Source: a virus. From it: 64,000 nt of DNA. The position numbers and the translations under genes were made by a program. This document shows, piece by piece, positions 25,224 to 34,441 of this stretch; the first letter of the stretch is position 1; each line of letters opens with the position of its first letter. Location: positions 32,001 through 96,000 of the IMG/VR virus record IMGVR_UViG_3300049830_000142. The stretch is one strand, 5' to 3'. The notes beneath the pieces are model-generated. The model worked only from the letters and a program-made list of their open reading frames with translations, did no database searches and was not told the DNA's origin.

Positions 25224-27470
25224 ATGAACAGCCAGATTAAATTAGCTGCTGGAGATCAAGAGTTTGAGCAGGCCTTTTTTCAATTAGCCTATGACAAACT
25301 ACAAGGAAAACTAAGCAACCTAGTACCTTTCTTAGTAGGATTTCAGCTAGTCAAGAAGTCCGACAATGATACCAAAGCAGTCGGTGTATTCGGTTTTAAG
25401 AGCAACAATGGACAGATCCTATTTGTTCCTGCCTTCTTCGTGAATGGCAAGATCAAGGAGCTGGAAATCCTCTATAGCCGTAACAACAACCAGTTTTATC
25501 CGCTCAATGAAGATTTCGCTGAGCTCTTTTTGAAAGACGATGTTACCGGTATTGGTACTCCTAGTAACGAGAGAAAAGAAGATGTACAACGCGATATACC
25601 TAGCGCTAACATGCGCAAGATTATCTTCCCTCCTAGGACAGGTCGTGTTAGCTATGCTGAAGCCAAGGACTTGGATGAAAAGAATCCTGAAGTATTGTCT
25701 AAGGCTGCTGACTGTTTGTTAAGCAAGAAAAGCTATAACAAAGGTCCAGAGCTAATCGACTTCGTCAAATCAGCAGACAACAAGGTCAAGGAAGCGTTCT
25801 TCTTTATGTTAAACAAGAATGCTGAGTTTGCAGACGCTGTGCGCTCATTCTATCCTGACTCAGCTATCGCAGATTCTCTAACCGTAGCTCCTGTAATTAA
25901 GGAAGCCAAAGCTAAGAAGCTCAAAGTATATGACTTTGAAGCTGACACTGATCTCGACAAACTCCCAGCCTCTAATAAGAAAGAGTTAGTGACCAAAGGT
26001 GTTACTATCGTAGATAATAGGTTAGACGAGGATACTTCTAAGCTAGGTATCTTCAAAGTCAAAGAGTCATTTTCAAATCCTACTCAAACTGGATTCTATC
26101 CTTATATCACTGAGTTAGGAACTATCCGTTACGGTCTAGTATTAACAAATCTTTCAGCTTTCATGGGTGGCTATAACTATCCTAGAGCTATTGTAGTAGA
26201 CTTGCAATCTCCTCGCAAAGGCCAGGCTTACGAAGTTGAGTTATCAGGCATCTTCATCAAAGATCAGATCCACGTTAAAGATCTTTCAGACGCAATGAAG
26301 TTGTTAGAGGAGCCGGCTGAAGCATTGCCTAGTTACGAAGACTATATTCTCATTAACGAGAATTTGCATACTACAGAACCTTTCAGGATTATCGAGAACT
26401 ACAAAGACAGTTCAGGTGTCCGCAGAATCAAGATTGAACCTTCTTGGATGTGCGACGCTTCTCCTCGTCCTAATAGCTTTGATCCTAAGACTAAGGGTAA
26501 GCAGAACGAAGTAGTATTGGTTTTGACTAAGAAGGTTGGTGACAGACTTGAGCATCGTAACCATGCAGTCTACGTCCCTAAAAGTTTCAAGCTATTGAAG
26601 CTACACCTTAGCGACTACTACAGCCCTGAGATAGACTACAATCTCCCTAAAGATGAACGTGATAGGAAGCGTAGTACTATTGAAAAGGACAAGGCTGAAA
26701 TCAAAGCTGGTGCTCCTGGTGGCTTAAGCAGCCTAAATAGTTTCCTACACTCCAACAATACGTTCCCACTCACCATTCATACCAATGGTTCTGAGTACTT
26801 CCTTAACGTAAGTGGTGCTAAGGCTAAGTTTGAAAATCCTCTCGAAGCTAAGATCGCAATGGTCACTGAACTTGGTTTGAGAGAGAAGGATGCTGAAGCT
26901 GCTATCACTGATCTTATACCTAACAAAAAGAGAGACGGTATCGTTAAAGTTTCAGTAACTGGTGAAAATATTCTCAATTTACAAGACGAAACACCTGAGA
27001 ACAACGAGTTTGGACAACCCACTTACTACGGTACTCCTTGGGTAGACCAACATGACGCTTCAGATGGCTACGCTAAAGACCCGACAGAACAAGGTTTAGG
27101 TGTTAAACCAGATGACGCATCACTAAGCACTACTATTAGTCGTGCTGTTAACTTAGCACAACAAGGTCAGAAGGATGTGTTTGATACACAGACTATTGGT
27201 GCTTTGGCTAAGTATACAGACAGCAATAACAAGGTCTTGGAGTATGTACCTAGCTTCGTGTCTTCACTAGATAAACTTGGTCGTATGTTGTTTCTAGCTT
27301 ACTGGGACACTGATACTTTTGAAGACATGTATGGTAAAGACGAATTACCTGAGCTCATTGAGCTAGTCAAAAGCGTATTCAACAATTTAGGAGATCTCGT
27401 CATCTTCTTGAAACGTAAAGTTCCTGACTTGTCTATCAACGACAATGAACAGAGTAAGAACGACATCTAA
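25224..27470 (+). CDS. large hypothetical head-region protein
   Basis: 748 aa, IKLAA leader; no family recognised. Confidence 0.8.
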   Translation: MNSQIKLAAGDQEFEQAFFQLAYDKLQGKLSNLVPFLVGFQLVKKSDNDTKAVGVFGFKSNNGQILFVPAFFVNGKIKELEILYSRNNNQFYPLNEDFAELFLKDDVTGIGTPSNERKEDVQRDIPSANMRKIIFPPRTGRVSYAEAKDLDEKNPEVLSKAADCLLSKKSYNKGPELIDFVKSADNKVKEAFFFMLNKNAEFADAVRSFYPDSAIADSLTVAPVIKEAKAKKLKVYDFEADTDLDKLPASNKKELVTKGVTIVDNRLDEDTSKLGIFKVKESFSNPTQTGFYPYITELGTIRYGLVLTNLSAFMGGYNYPRAIVVDLQSPRKGQAYEVELSGIFIKDQIHVKDLSDAMKLLEEPAEALPSYEDYILINENLHTTEPFRIIENYKDSSGVRRIKIEPSWMCDASPRPNSFDPKTKGKQNEVVLVLTKKVGDRLEHRNHAVYVPKSFKLLKLHLSDYYSPEIDYNLPKDERDRKRSTIEKDKAEIKAGAPGGLSSLNSFLHSNNTFPLTIHTNGSEYFLNVSGAKAKFENPLEAKIAMVTELGLREKDAEAAITDLIPNKKRDGIVKVSVTGENILNLQDETPENNEFGQPTYYGTPWVDQHDASDGYAKDPTEQGLGVKPDDASLSTTISRAVNLAQQGQKDVFDTQTIGALAKYTDSNNKVLEYVPSFVSSLDKLGRMLFLAYWDTDTFEDMYGKDELPELIELVKSVFNNLGDLVIFLKRKVPDLSINDNEQSKNDI

Positions 27471-27473
27471 TTT

Positions 27474-27776
27474 ATGACAAAATTACAAGAAGCTTTTTTG
27501 AATGGGTTTATCAAGGCCGCTGCAGGTGCTGGACCAGCCCCAATGCCTCCGCTAGGCTCACCAAATCAGCAACCAGGTCAACCACAGCCTATGCCGCAAC
27601 AAGGACAACCTGCACAGATGCCACAACAAGGTGGAATTACACCTATGCAGCAACCACAGCAAGCGGGCGGAAACAAAATGTTCTATCAGCTATTGAGTCA
27701 ATTTAAGCAGCAGAATCCTGTACCACAAGCGCCGCAAGCAGTTCCAAACCAACATTTGCAGCCTCAGATGGTCTAA
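27474..27776 (+). CDS. KAA-leader Gln/Pro/Met-rich low-complexity protein
   Basis: AFLNGFIKAA then QP-rich tract. Confidence 0.75.
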   Translation: MTKLQEAFLNGFIKAAAGAGPAPMPPLGSPNQQPGQPQPMPQQGQPAQMPQQGGITPMQQPQQAGGNKMFYQLLSQFKQQNPVPQAPQAVPNQHLQPQMV

Positions 27777-27785
27777 TGAAAAATT

Positions 27786-28862
27786 ATGTCTGCTCCTATA
27801 GTGCCAATAAGCAAAGTTGGTACGCCATTCCAAAGTCCTAATTGGCGTTATCAAGCTACGCTTAATCCTGAGAAATTTGGCTTTGAAAAATATTGTTCAA
27901 AACCAGATGAAGCTAACGCAGGAAACTTAAAGAGGCTTATAGTAAATGGTGTACAGCCGGTTGACGTTTACAAGCTGCCTGTTTACATTAGGCAAATCGA
28001 AGATCAGTTAACACCTGAGTTAAAGCAGGAGTTAGTTAAAGTCTGGAACAAGCATTATTTTCGACGCAGGGAACGAAAAGTAACTTTTAACGTAGCCGGG
28101 CATCGTGGCTTGTTGAACTGGAACGTAAAGGGAATAAAAAAGATAAACGATGATTACTTTAGAAGGTTGATCGCTCATTGCTTTAACATTGAAGGCAACG
28201 AGTATATTTCGGATGCTATAAAATTTTACAAGAATCCGGGCAACGTCATGAACTGTAAGTGGATGAACTACAGTATCTATGGTGGTAAGACTGACGATGA
28301 ATTAGCGTTGCAATGGCACAAACCTAAGGCGTTCATAGAAGCTCTTAGGATGATCTTTTTTGATTACTCCGGTTGGCCTAAGGATAAGTTAGTACAATAC
28401 AGCTGCCTTAGACAATTGGTTTGTAACAAGGAAATTGATGACCAAGATTATCATGCTTTCAAGAGAATTTACGATTTAGGTGACTTAGGATTAAGAAGTA
28501 TCCTAGGCCATCAAGTCCTGGACGAAAAAGAACGTGAAACGGTGAAGCTGTATTTGTCTGGTGCTGGCATCGATAACTTGATGGATCAGCGTTTTGCTAT
28601 CACTAACTTGAAAGAGTCTATCAGCTTTAACAGGTCTGTGGCTGAATTGGCTAACGTAAGCATAAACAGGATTGAGGCTGAACAAAGAGCCAATATCATG
28701 AACTTGACCTCTCAACGTATGCAAAAGGAGTTGGGTATCAATGACAATGATAAGCTGGCATTCGAGGATACAGCTCTCTTAACCAGTATGCGAGAGATGA
28801 TGATGATTGACAAACCAGGCAGTTATCCTAAGTTTATCGACGTAATTGAAGTCAAGCCGTAA
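27786..28862 (+). CDS. hypothetical protein, possible HTH DNA-binding protein
   Basis: 358-aa ORF; GKTDDELALQWHKPKAFIEAL is HTH-like. Confidence 0.7.
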   Translation: MSAPIVPISKVGTPFQSPNWRYQATLNPEKFGFEKYCSKPDEANAGNLKRLIVNGVQPVDVYKLPVYIRQIEDQLTPELKQELVKVWNKHYFRRRERKVTFNVAGHRGLLNWNVKGIKKINDDYFRRLIAHCFNIEGNEYISDAIKFYKNPGNVMNCKWMNYSIYGGKTDDELALQWHKPKAFIEALRMIFFDYSGWPKDKLVQYSCLRQLVCNKEIDDQDYHAFKRIYDLGDLGLRSILGHQVLDEKERETVKLYLSGAGIDNLMDQRFAITNLKESISFNRSVAELANVSINRIEAEQRANIMNLTSQRMQKELGINDNDKLAFEDTALLTSMREMMMIDKPGSYPKFIDVIEVKP

Positions 28863-28872
28863 CCTTAATGAA

Positions 28873-28901
28873 TTGACTAGGATAGTCAGACATATTAACA
28901 T
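28873..28901 (+). promoter_or_regulatory. sigma70-like promoter
   Basis: TTGACT-N17-TAACAT. Confidence 0.55.
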
Positions 28902-28921
28902 AGTAGTAATAAATACATTTT

Positions 28922-30310
28922 ATGGAAACACCAGACTCATTAGTAAAACACGCTGTTCAAGAGATTGTCCAGGAGATTAATAGTGGACTATCACCACAAG
29001 CAGCTACGACTAAGGTAGCCAAGGTTCTTGAGCTCAAGCCTAATTTTATTAAGCGCAGCTGCGAAGCTATCAACGTCGCGTTGCACCACAACCATTTTAA
29101 GAATCACCCGAACGAAAAAGCGGCCGATTTCGATACTGTTGACTCTCAGCAAATCATCGACGAAGTTTATTCCACTAAAGAGAAGACTGCTTCTGAATTC
29201 CGTTCAGAGTTATTTTCTTCTTTTCAAATACCTGAGACCGCTCCTAAGTTCTCCCGTTATTTAGAAGCCGGACCTCACAAAGAAGCTTTCGCCAAATTTG
29301 TGTCTGCACCAGATGCAGGCAAGACTCCTATGAGTGAAAAGGGAGTTTATAACAAAGCTGCTAACTACATCAAGGATTTGAAAAAGACGGCTTACGACGC
29401 TGAAGGTGCTAAGCTTGGAGCTAAGTTTGAGGTTGAACAAAGTTTCTGTAACATCTTGAGAAAGTTTGCCGAAGACCCAGCCTACCGTTCTAGTTGGGAT
29501 CAATTTGAGACTAGTGTATTTGCTAAGCACGGCAGTGTTTCCACAGGCTATCTAGATTTGCTTTACAAAACCGCTAAGCTAAATGAAGAGCGCGGTAAGC
29601 AAGATTCAACCATTAAGCTAGCATCACTCTGCAAAGAAGTTGAGCTATTTACGAAGTTCCTAGATAAGGTTGCAGCACTCAAGGAAGCTACCGCAGCTTC
29701 AGAAGATGCAGCATATAACCTTAAGTATGAAGAAGACTATCTTAGAGACGCATTTCATAATCGTGGCTGTGAGCTGAACAAGTCTGCGTTCTCTGATGAC
29801 TCTTTGCTTGAAAAGGTTGAGAAGTCAATAAAAGCTGAACGTAGAAAGATTGCTGAAGTAAACCAGCAAGATCCTGTACTCCTTTACATCGCTGAAAAGA
29901 AAGCTGGTGTCGAGACTGAGTTTGATGGCCGTATCAAGTCTGCCATTGATTTGGTGGACATGGTAAAAGGTCCTATAGGTGGCGTAGCTAAGCCAAACCT
30001 AAGCGCTAGCACAAACACACCTGACGCAAACCGTGAACGTGCTTTAATGTTGCAGGAGTTGGTATCTACCGATCCTATCATCAGTAAATTTCCTACACAT
30101 CACGTTGTAGATGCTTATCAGCAGATGCTAAGGATTGCTCCAGAACTAAGTAGTGAAAGAGAAGTCACTCGTGCATTCTTAAGGCAGGCTGGTGCTACAC
30201 AAGCTATCGATCCGTTCCAAGCTGAGCAGTTGATTAAGGCTAACACTTCATTGTTTAAGCAACATCAACTACAAAAAGGAATTCAACCGTCACCTGAGAA
30301 AATAAGCTAA
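28922..30310 (+). CDS. helical K-x-A-rich protein, putative prohead core/internal protein
   Basis: About 15 K-x-A motifs (KHA, KTAS, KLAS, KVAA, KSAF...). Confidence 0.8.
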   Translation: METPDSLVKHAVQEIVQEINSGLSPQAATTKVAKVLELKPNFIKRSCEAINVALHHNHFKNHPNEKAADFDTVDSQQIIDEVYSTKEKTASEFRSELFSSFQIPETAPKFSRYLEAGPHKEAFAKFVSAPDAGKTPMSEKGVYNKAANYIKDLKKTAYDAEGAKLGAKFEVEQSFCNILRKFAEDPAYRSSWDQFETSVFAKHGSVSTGYLDLLYKTAKLNEERGKQDSTIKLASLCKEVELFTKFLDKVAALKEATAASEDAAYNLKYEEDYLRDAFHNRGCELNKSAFSDDSLLEKVEKSIKAERRKIAEVNQQDPVLLYIAEKKAGVETEFDGRIKSAIDLVDMVKGPIGGVAKPNLSASTNTPDANRERALMLQELVSTDPIISKFPTHHVVDAYQQMLRIAPELSSEREVTRAFLRQAGATQAIDPFQAEQLIKANTSLFKQHQLQKGIQPSPEKIS

Positions 30311-30312
30311 TT

Positions 30313-30678
30313 ATGGCAAAGCTACGTATTTTACAGACAATAGTTAACGAGAACTTTAACTTCGTCTTTACTATCGACACTGATAGCATTGGCGATGATG
30401 ACTTTGCTCGTGTAAAGAAGTTTGGTGCACCTAGTATTAACTTTGGCGGTGCCTTCACTAACGGTACTCAGTCATATACTTTGCCTGATGCGTTCTACGA
30501 TTTCCCTGGTGACTTCCCTGTAAATGTATCATTCTCAGGTACTACACCATTTAACACTGCGGTAGAAGCTAACCTAGATTTGTACAGGACAACGATGACA
30601 ACTAGAATCACTACTGCTATCACTACACTAAGAGGTTTGTCAGATGGCTTCACTGGTGAATTTATTACCAATATTTAA
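30313..30678 (+). CDS. hypothetical protein, probably structural
   Basis: Thr/Phe-rich beta-type ORF in head region. Confidence 0.75.
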   Translation: MAKLRILQTIVNENFNFVFTIDTDSIGDDDFARVKKFGAPSINFGGAFTNGTQSYTLPDAFYDFPGDFPVNVSFSGTTPFNTAVEANLDLYRTTMTTRITTAITTLRGLSDGFTGEFITNI

Positions 30679-30680
30679 TT

Positions 30681-31322
30681 ATGCCAATGGATCAATCAAC
30701 ACAACATTTACTAAGTGGCTTACTAACTGACGCTGGCATTGGTGCTGGTGTAGGTGCGGCAGGTATGGGTGCTGCTGAAGCACTTTCACCTGAACAAGAA
30801 GGTCACAAGAAGAGCATTCTAAAAAGCATGCTATTAGGTGGTGCAATGGGAGGTCTTACTGGTGCTGGTACAAGAGCTTTTGCCGATACTGTAAGCCCCG
30901 ATCTTCAACACGATCCTCGTACTATGCTAGCTTCAATGTTTGAAAACAAACAGGCTCCTGCTCCAGAAGAACACAGTATCATCGGTAACCTAGGTAATGC
31001 GGCAGCTGGACATCCGGCTATTGCAGGTTTAACTGGTGGTGTATTAGGCGGTGGTCTATCTGCTTATCGTAAGAGCGGTATTAACAAAGAAATGGTTGCA
31101 GGTGGTCAGGTGCCTAAGAGTTTACAAGACTACATCAACACTCCAAGAGGTTTACGCTTAGGGCGTTTCCCAACTATGCATCCAGCATCTCACGGTGCTT
31201 TAGCAGGTGTAGGTACTTATGCTGTAAGCAAGCTTCTAAACCAGAATGAAGTAAACAAAGATTTGTACAGCAAGGTAAACAATCCTAATGCTTTGAGTGA
31301 ACACCTCAGTCAACCACAGTAA
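30681..31322 (+). CDS. Gly-zipper hairpin membrane protein
   Basis: GIGAGVGAAG..EQEGHKKSILKSMLLGGAMGG. Confidence 0.8.
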   Translation: MPMDQSTQHLLSGLLTDAGIGAGVGAAGMGAAEALSPEQEGHKKSILKSMLLGGAMGGLTGAGTRAFADTVSPDLQHDPRTMLASMFENKQAPAPEEHSIIGNLGNAAAGHPAIAGLTGGVLGGGLSAYRKSGINKEMVAGGQVPKSLQDYINTPRGLRLGRFPTMHPASHGALAGVGTYAVSKLLNQNEVNKDLYSKVNNPNALSEHLSQPQ

Positions 31323-31325
31323 CCT

Positions 31326-32687
31326 ATGATAAAGTTCACCAGCAACAACGACTGGGTATTCAATTGTGAGAGCGTAGCAATACTGCGTGATTTCTCCCGT
31401 GACCTAGTTAAAAGGGCCAGTGCTAAGAATCTTGCGAACTACGAAAAAGATCCTAAGCAAGAGCACCTTCACATTATTGCTGTAGGAGCTTACGAAGGAA
31501 CTGGTTTCAACCGTAATGGTGACGCTTTCCTAGAAGAGGACTGCAAAAAGAACCATCACTATTTTTCTAAGAGTAACAGAGCTGTCCATCGCCACCACAA
31601 GAACAAGCCTAACGATCCTAAGTATGGTAATATCAAAGCTGCATCATACAACGATAAGATGCGCAGAATTGAGTTAGTTGTAGGATTGGACAAAGGCGCT
31701 TGCGCAGACATTTTACATGAGCAGGAGACGACTGGTAACACTAACTGGTCTATGGCTTCTAAGCAAGCCGAAGACATCTGTTCATGGTGTGGTCATCATG
31801 CCAAGACTGACAATGACCGTTGTAACCACTTGCCTACTAACATAGGTGAGTTGAATAAGAAGGGTGAGATGTGCGGTATGATCAATCCAGACCCTAGGTG
31901 GTTTGAGATTAGTTATGTGCGCAGACCTGCTGACAGAATTGGTATGAGCTTAGGAAAGGTAGCTTCTGAGATCACTTACAAGTCAGCCGCTTCTTATCTT
32001 AACATCTATGGTGATCTTTATATCCCGGACGATGTACTACTAAGCAAGAAAGCTAGTGACAAACGTGAGCTTTTGAGCAAGCTAGCTGAGATAGAAAAGC
32101 ATATTGATGCAATATCTCATAGCAATCCAGACAACTCTAAAGATAAGTTCATCAAAGATCATGGACACAAGATTAAGCATTCTCCTAATATTGCTCCTGA
32201 CAATATTGAGTCCCTCAGAACGATGGAGCCTAGCATGGTCCTTAAGACACTTGCTGACCATGGTATCGTATTCAGCCCAGAAGATTTTAGCCGTTACCTG
32301 TTCGACAACCAAGTAAAGCCTGGTCATGTAGAAGGTATGAAGAGTCACTTACCACACATCTTCAATCATCTACATAACGAAGACGCTGGCAAAGCAGTGA
32401 ACGATGAGAAGTTTGATCCTGGAGCCGGTACTCCTCCAGCTGAACTAAAGAACTTGGGCGGCAAACTACATGAAGGACATTCTTTACATGAAGGACCTGC
32501 TATTAGACGTGTCATGCACATTGGTGGAGGTAGTCTATCTCCTCATCACGAAGCAACTAAACAAGCAGCTGACCTAGAATTTGCTAAGCAGTACGCTACA
32601 TATAAGTTGGCTGCCCTTAGCTATATGAACGAACAGGGTAAGCTAACTGATGATGTAATCTTAAACGCAGTATTGCAGAACCAGTAA
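31326..32687 (+). CDS. prohead maturation protease with C-terminal extension
   Basis: FNRNGDAF, HRHHKN, WSMAS, CSWC...CNH, FEISYVRRPAD; upstream of scaffold/capsid. Confidence 0.75.
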   Translation: MIKFTSNNDWVFNCESVAILRDFSRDLVKRASAKNLANYEKDPKQEHLHIIAVGAYEGTGFNRNGDAFLEEDCKKNHHYFSKSNRAVHRHHKNKPNDPKYGNIKAASYNDKMRRIELVVGLDKGACADILHEQETTGNTNWSMASKQAEDICSWCGHHAKTDNDRCNHLPTNIGELNKKGEMCGMINPDPRWFEISYVRRPADRIGMSLGKVASEITYKSAASYLNIYGDLYIPDDVLLSKKASDKRELLSKLAEIEKHIDAISHSNPDNSKDKFIKDHGHKIKHSPNIAPDNIESLRTMEPSMVLKTLADHGIVFSPEDFSRYLFDNQVKPGHVEGMKSHLPHIFNHLHNEDAGKAVNDEKFDPGAGTPPAELKNLGGKLHEGHSLHEGPAIRRVMHIGGGSLSPHHEATKQAADLEFAKQYATYKLAALSYMNEQGKLTDDVILNAVLQNQ

Positions 32688-32688
32688 T

Positions 32689-33102
32689 ATGACACGCACT
32701 TATCAGACGATGAACCTAAACAACATAACCGAAAAGTTAGAGTTAGCTGAGATGGTTCAAAATAATGCGTTACTCGCTTCTAGCGCTGGTATTTGGCAAC
32801 TTAATCTAACTACTGACAATGTAATCTGGGATAACCGAATGCTTGAGATCTTTGAGTTTGACGAAGATTATTTCAAAAACAGTTATCACGGTTTTGAGGA
32901 ACTAATTTTACCTGAATATCATGAAGAGATTAGAGCTAAGTTATTGGCATGTCAAACCGGTATTGCTCCATTTTGCTCAGTCTATAAAGTAAAGTCAAAG
33001 AACTCCAAAGGTTACAAGACTGTTTTAGGTAAGGGCAATATTGTAATAGAAGAAGATGAGACTAGGATGATGCACGGTATCTGTGTCGAAATCTTGGAAT
33101 AA
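32689..33102 (+). CDS. stand-alone PAS domain protein (PAS_3-like)
   Basis: SAGIWQLNLTTDNVIWDNRMLEIF...LILPEY...YKVK...YKTVLGKG...MHGICVEI. Confidence 0.8.
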   Translation: MTRTYQTMNLNNITEKLELAEMVQNNALLASSAGIWQLNLTTDNVIWDNRMLEIFEFDEDYFKNSYHGFEELILPEYHEEIRAKLLACQTGIAPFCSVYKVKSKNSKGYKTVLGKGNIVIEEDETRMMHGICVEILE

Positions 33103-33106
33103 TTTT

Positions 33107-33355
33107 ATGCTTAAGTCAACTATGAGAGTGTTGCGTAGGTATCCGTTAGTTACTGCGGTACTAGACTATTTTCTTGCTAAACTGCAAGTCATTATCATTT
33201 CAGTTGTAGTGGCTCTCATTACCTTAGTCTATCAGCATCACGCTACACATAACCAGATCTGGAATGAGACTGGTAATCATTTTCAAGACTTAGTAAAGAT
33301 CGTTCAGCAACAGGATTTGGTAATCAAAGAGCTAACGAATAACATATATGAATAA
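33107..33355 (+). CDS. single-pass membrane/coiled-coil protein, holin-like candidate
   Basis: LQVIIISVVVALITLVY then amphipathic coil; ATG at 33107 preferred over GTG 33083. Confidence 0.6.
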   Translation: MLKSTMRVLRRYPLVTAVLDYFLAKLQVIIISVVVALITLVYQHHATHNQIWNETGNHFQDLVKIVQQQDLVIKELTNNIYE

Positions 33356-33770
33356 GGAAGCATTTGATCGTGGCTTTGTTAAAGCTGCTCTCGATAACGG
33401 CATAAATATTTTGCAGGCCACTGAACTACTAAAGTTAGCAGACGGCAATCAAGCGTTGATGACAGGTATTGGTGGATTAGCCGGTGGCTTAGGCGGAGGC
33501 CTAGGAGGTGCACTAAAAGGTTTTGGAATGGGTGCGCCAATAGGTGCTATTTATGGTGGACTGCGTGAGCATGAAAAACCTGAAAATCAGAGGCATACGG
33601 TTAAGGCTATGTTAGATAAAGGATTACTTGGTGGTAGCTTAGGAGCAGGCGCAGGTGGATTAGTCGGCGGAGGTATGGGAGCTATAGGTGGTGCAGCTGC
33701 TGGTTACAATATGGGAAACTTTCAGCAGACACTCGAACAGCTAGGACAATTACCTGTGTTAAATAAATAA
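33348..33770 (+). CDS. KAA-leader Gly-zipper protein
   Basis: AFDRGFVKAA; long GxxxG repeats. Confidence 0.8.
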   Translation: MNKEAFDRGFVKAALDNGINILQATELLKLADGNQALMTGIGGLAGGLGGGLGGALKGFGMGAPIGAIYGGLREHEKPENQRHTVKAMLDKGLLGGSLGAGAGGLVGGGMGAIGGAAAGYNMGNFQQTLEQLGQLPVLNK

Positions 33771-33772
33771 TT

Positions 33773-34441
33773 ATGTCAGAACTGAAATGTAAAAAGTTTG
33801 AATGCTTAGAGTGTAAAAAATCTTTTCAAAAGATAGATTATTTAGGAACGGTGAAATACTGTTCTAGACTTTGTGGTAATATAGCTAAAGCAAAAAATCG
33901 TAATAAAAAAGCTACTGTAAAATGCAAAGAATGCCGCAAACCATTTTTAGCTCAAGAAGGTAGGCTTAAGAGTGGAAAAGGTAAGTTTTGTTCCACCGGA
34001 TGTTTTAGGACATACCAAAATAAAAAGGTACAGTTGCAATGTAAGAATTGCGATAAACTTTACAAAAGAAGTCCTAGTATATCTAAGGTATCTAGATTCT
34101 GCTGTCGTAGGTGCTGTACAATTTATACGCTTAAGAGCATGCCGAACAAAGAAACATCCATAGAAATTAAGATAAGAAAATTTCTAGATGAATCAAAGAT
34201 ACCGTATAAAGCACAGGTAGGTATAGGTAATATCACTGTAGCAGATTTTGTTTCTGGTAAAAATGTTTTTATGGCAGATGGAGACTATTGGCATAATTTA
34301 CCTAGGCGTCAATACCGTGATAAAAAAATCAATGACAAACTAACTAAATTAGGTTATTCTGTACATAGATTTTGGGAACACGACATACATAACAATTTTG
34401 ATCAAGTTAAGGAAAGGATAATGCATGCCAGCTGTCAGTAA
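33773..34441 (+). CDS. Vsr/DUF559-like endonuclease with N-terminal Cys repeats, homing-endonuclease-like
   Basis: Repeated CxxC...CSxxC; ADF..DGDYWH..RDKKIND..GYSVHRFWEHDI; AT-rich. Confidence 0.8.
   Translation: MSELKCKKFECLECKKSFQKIDYLGTVKYCSRLCGNIAKAKNRNKKATVKCKECRKPFLAQEGRLKSGKGKFCSTGCFRTYQNKKVQLQCKNCDKLYKRSPSISKVSRFCCRRCCTIYTLKSMPNKETSIEIKIRKFLDESKIPYKAQVGIGNITVADFVSGKNVFMADGDYWHNLPRRQYRDKKINDKLTKLGYSVHRFWEHDIHNNFDQVKERIMHASCQ

Noticed and set aside
25224-30310. Calling 25224, 27786 or 28922 portal or terminase
   Set aside because: No Walker A/B, RNase H-like nuclease or recognisable portal features; left as hypothetical
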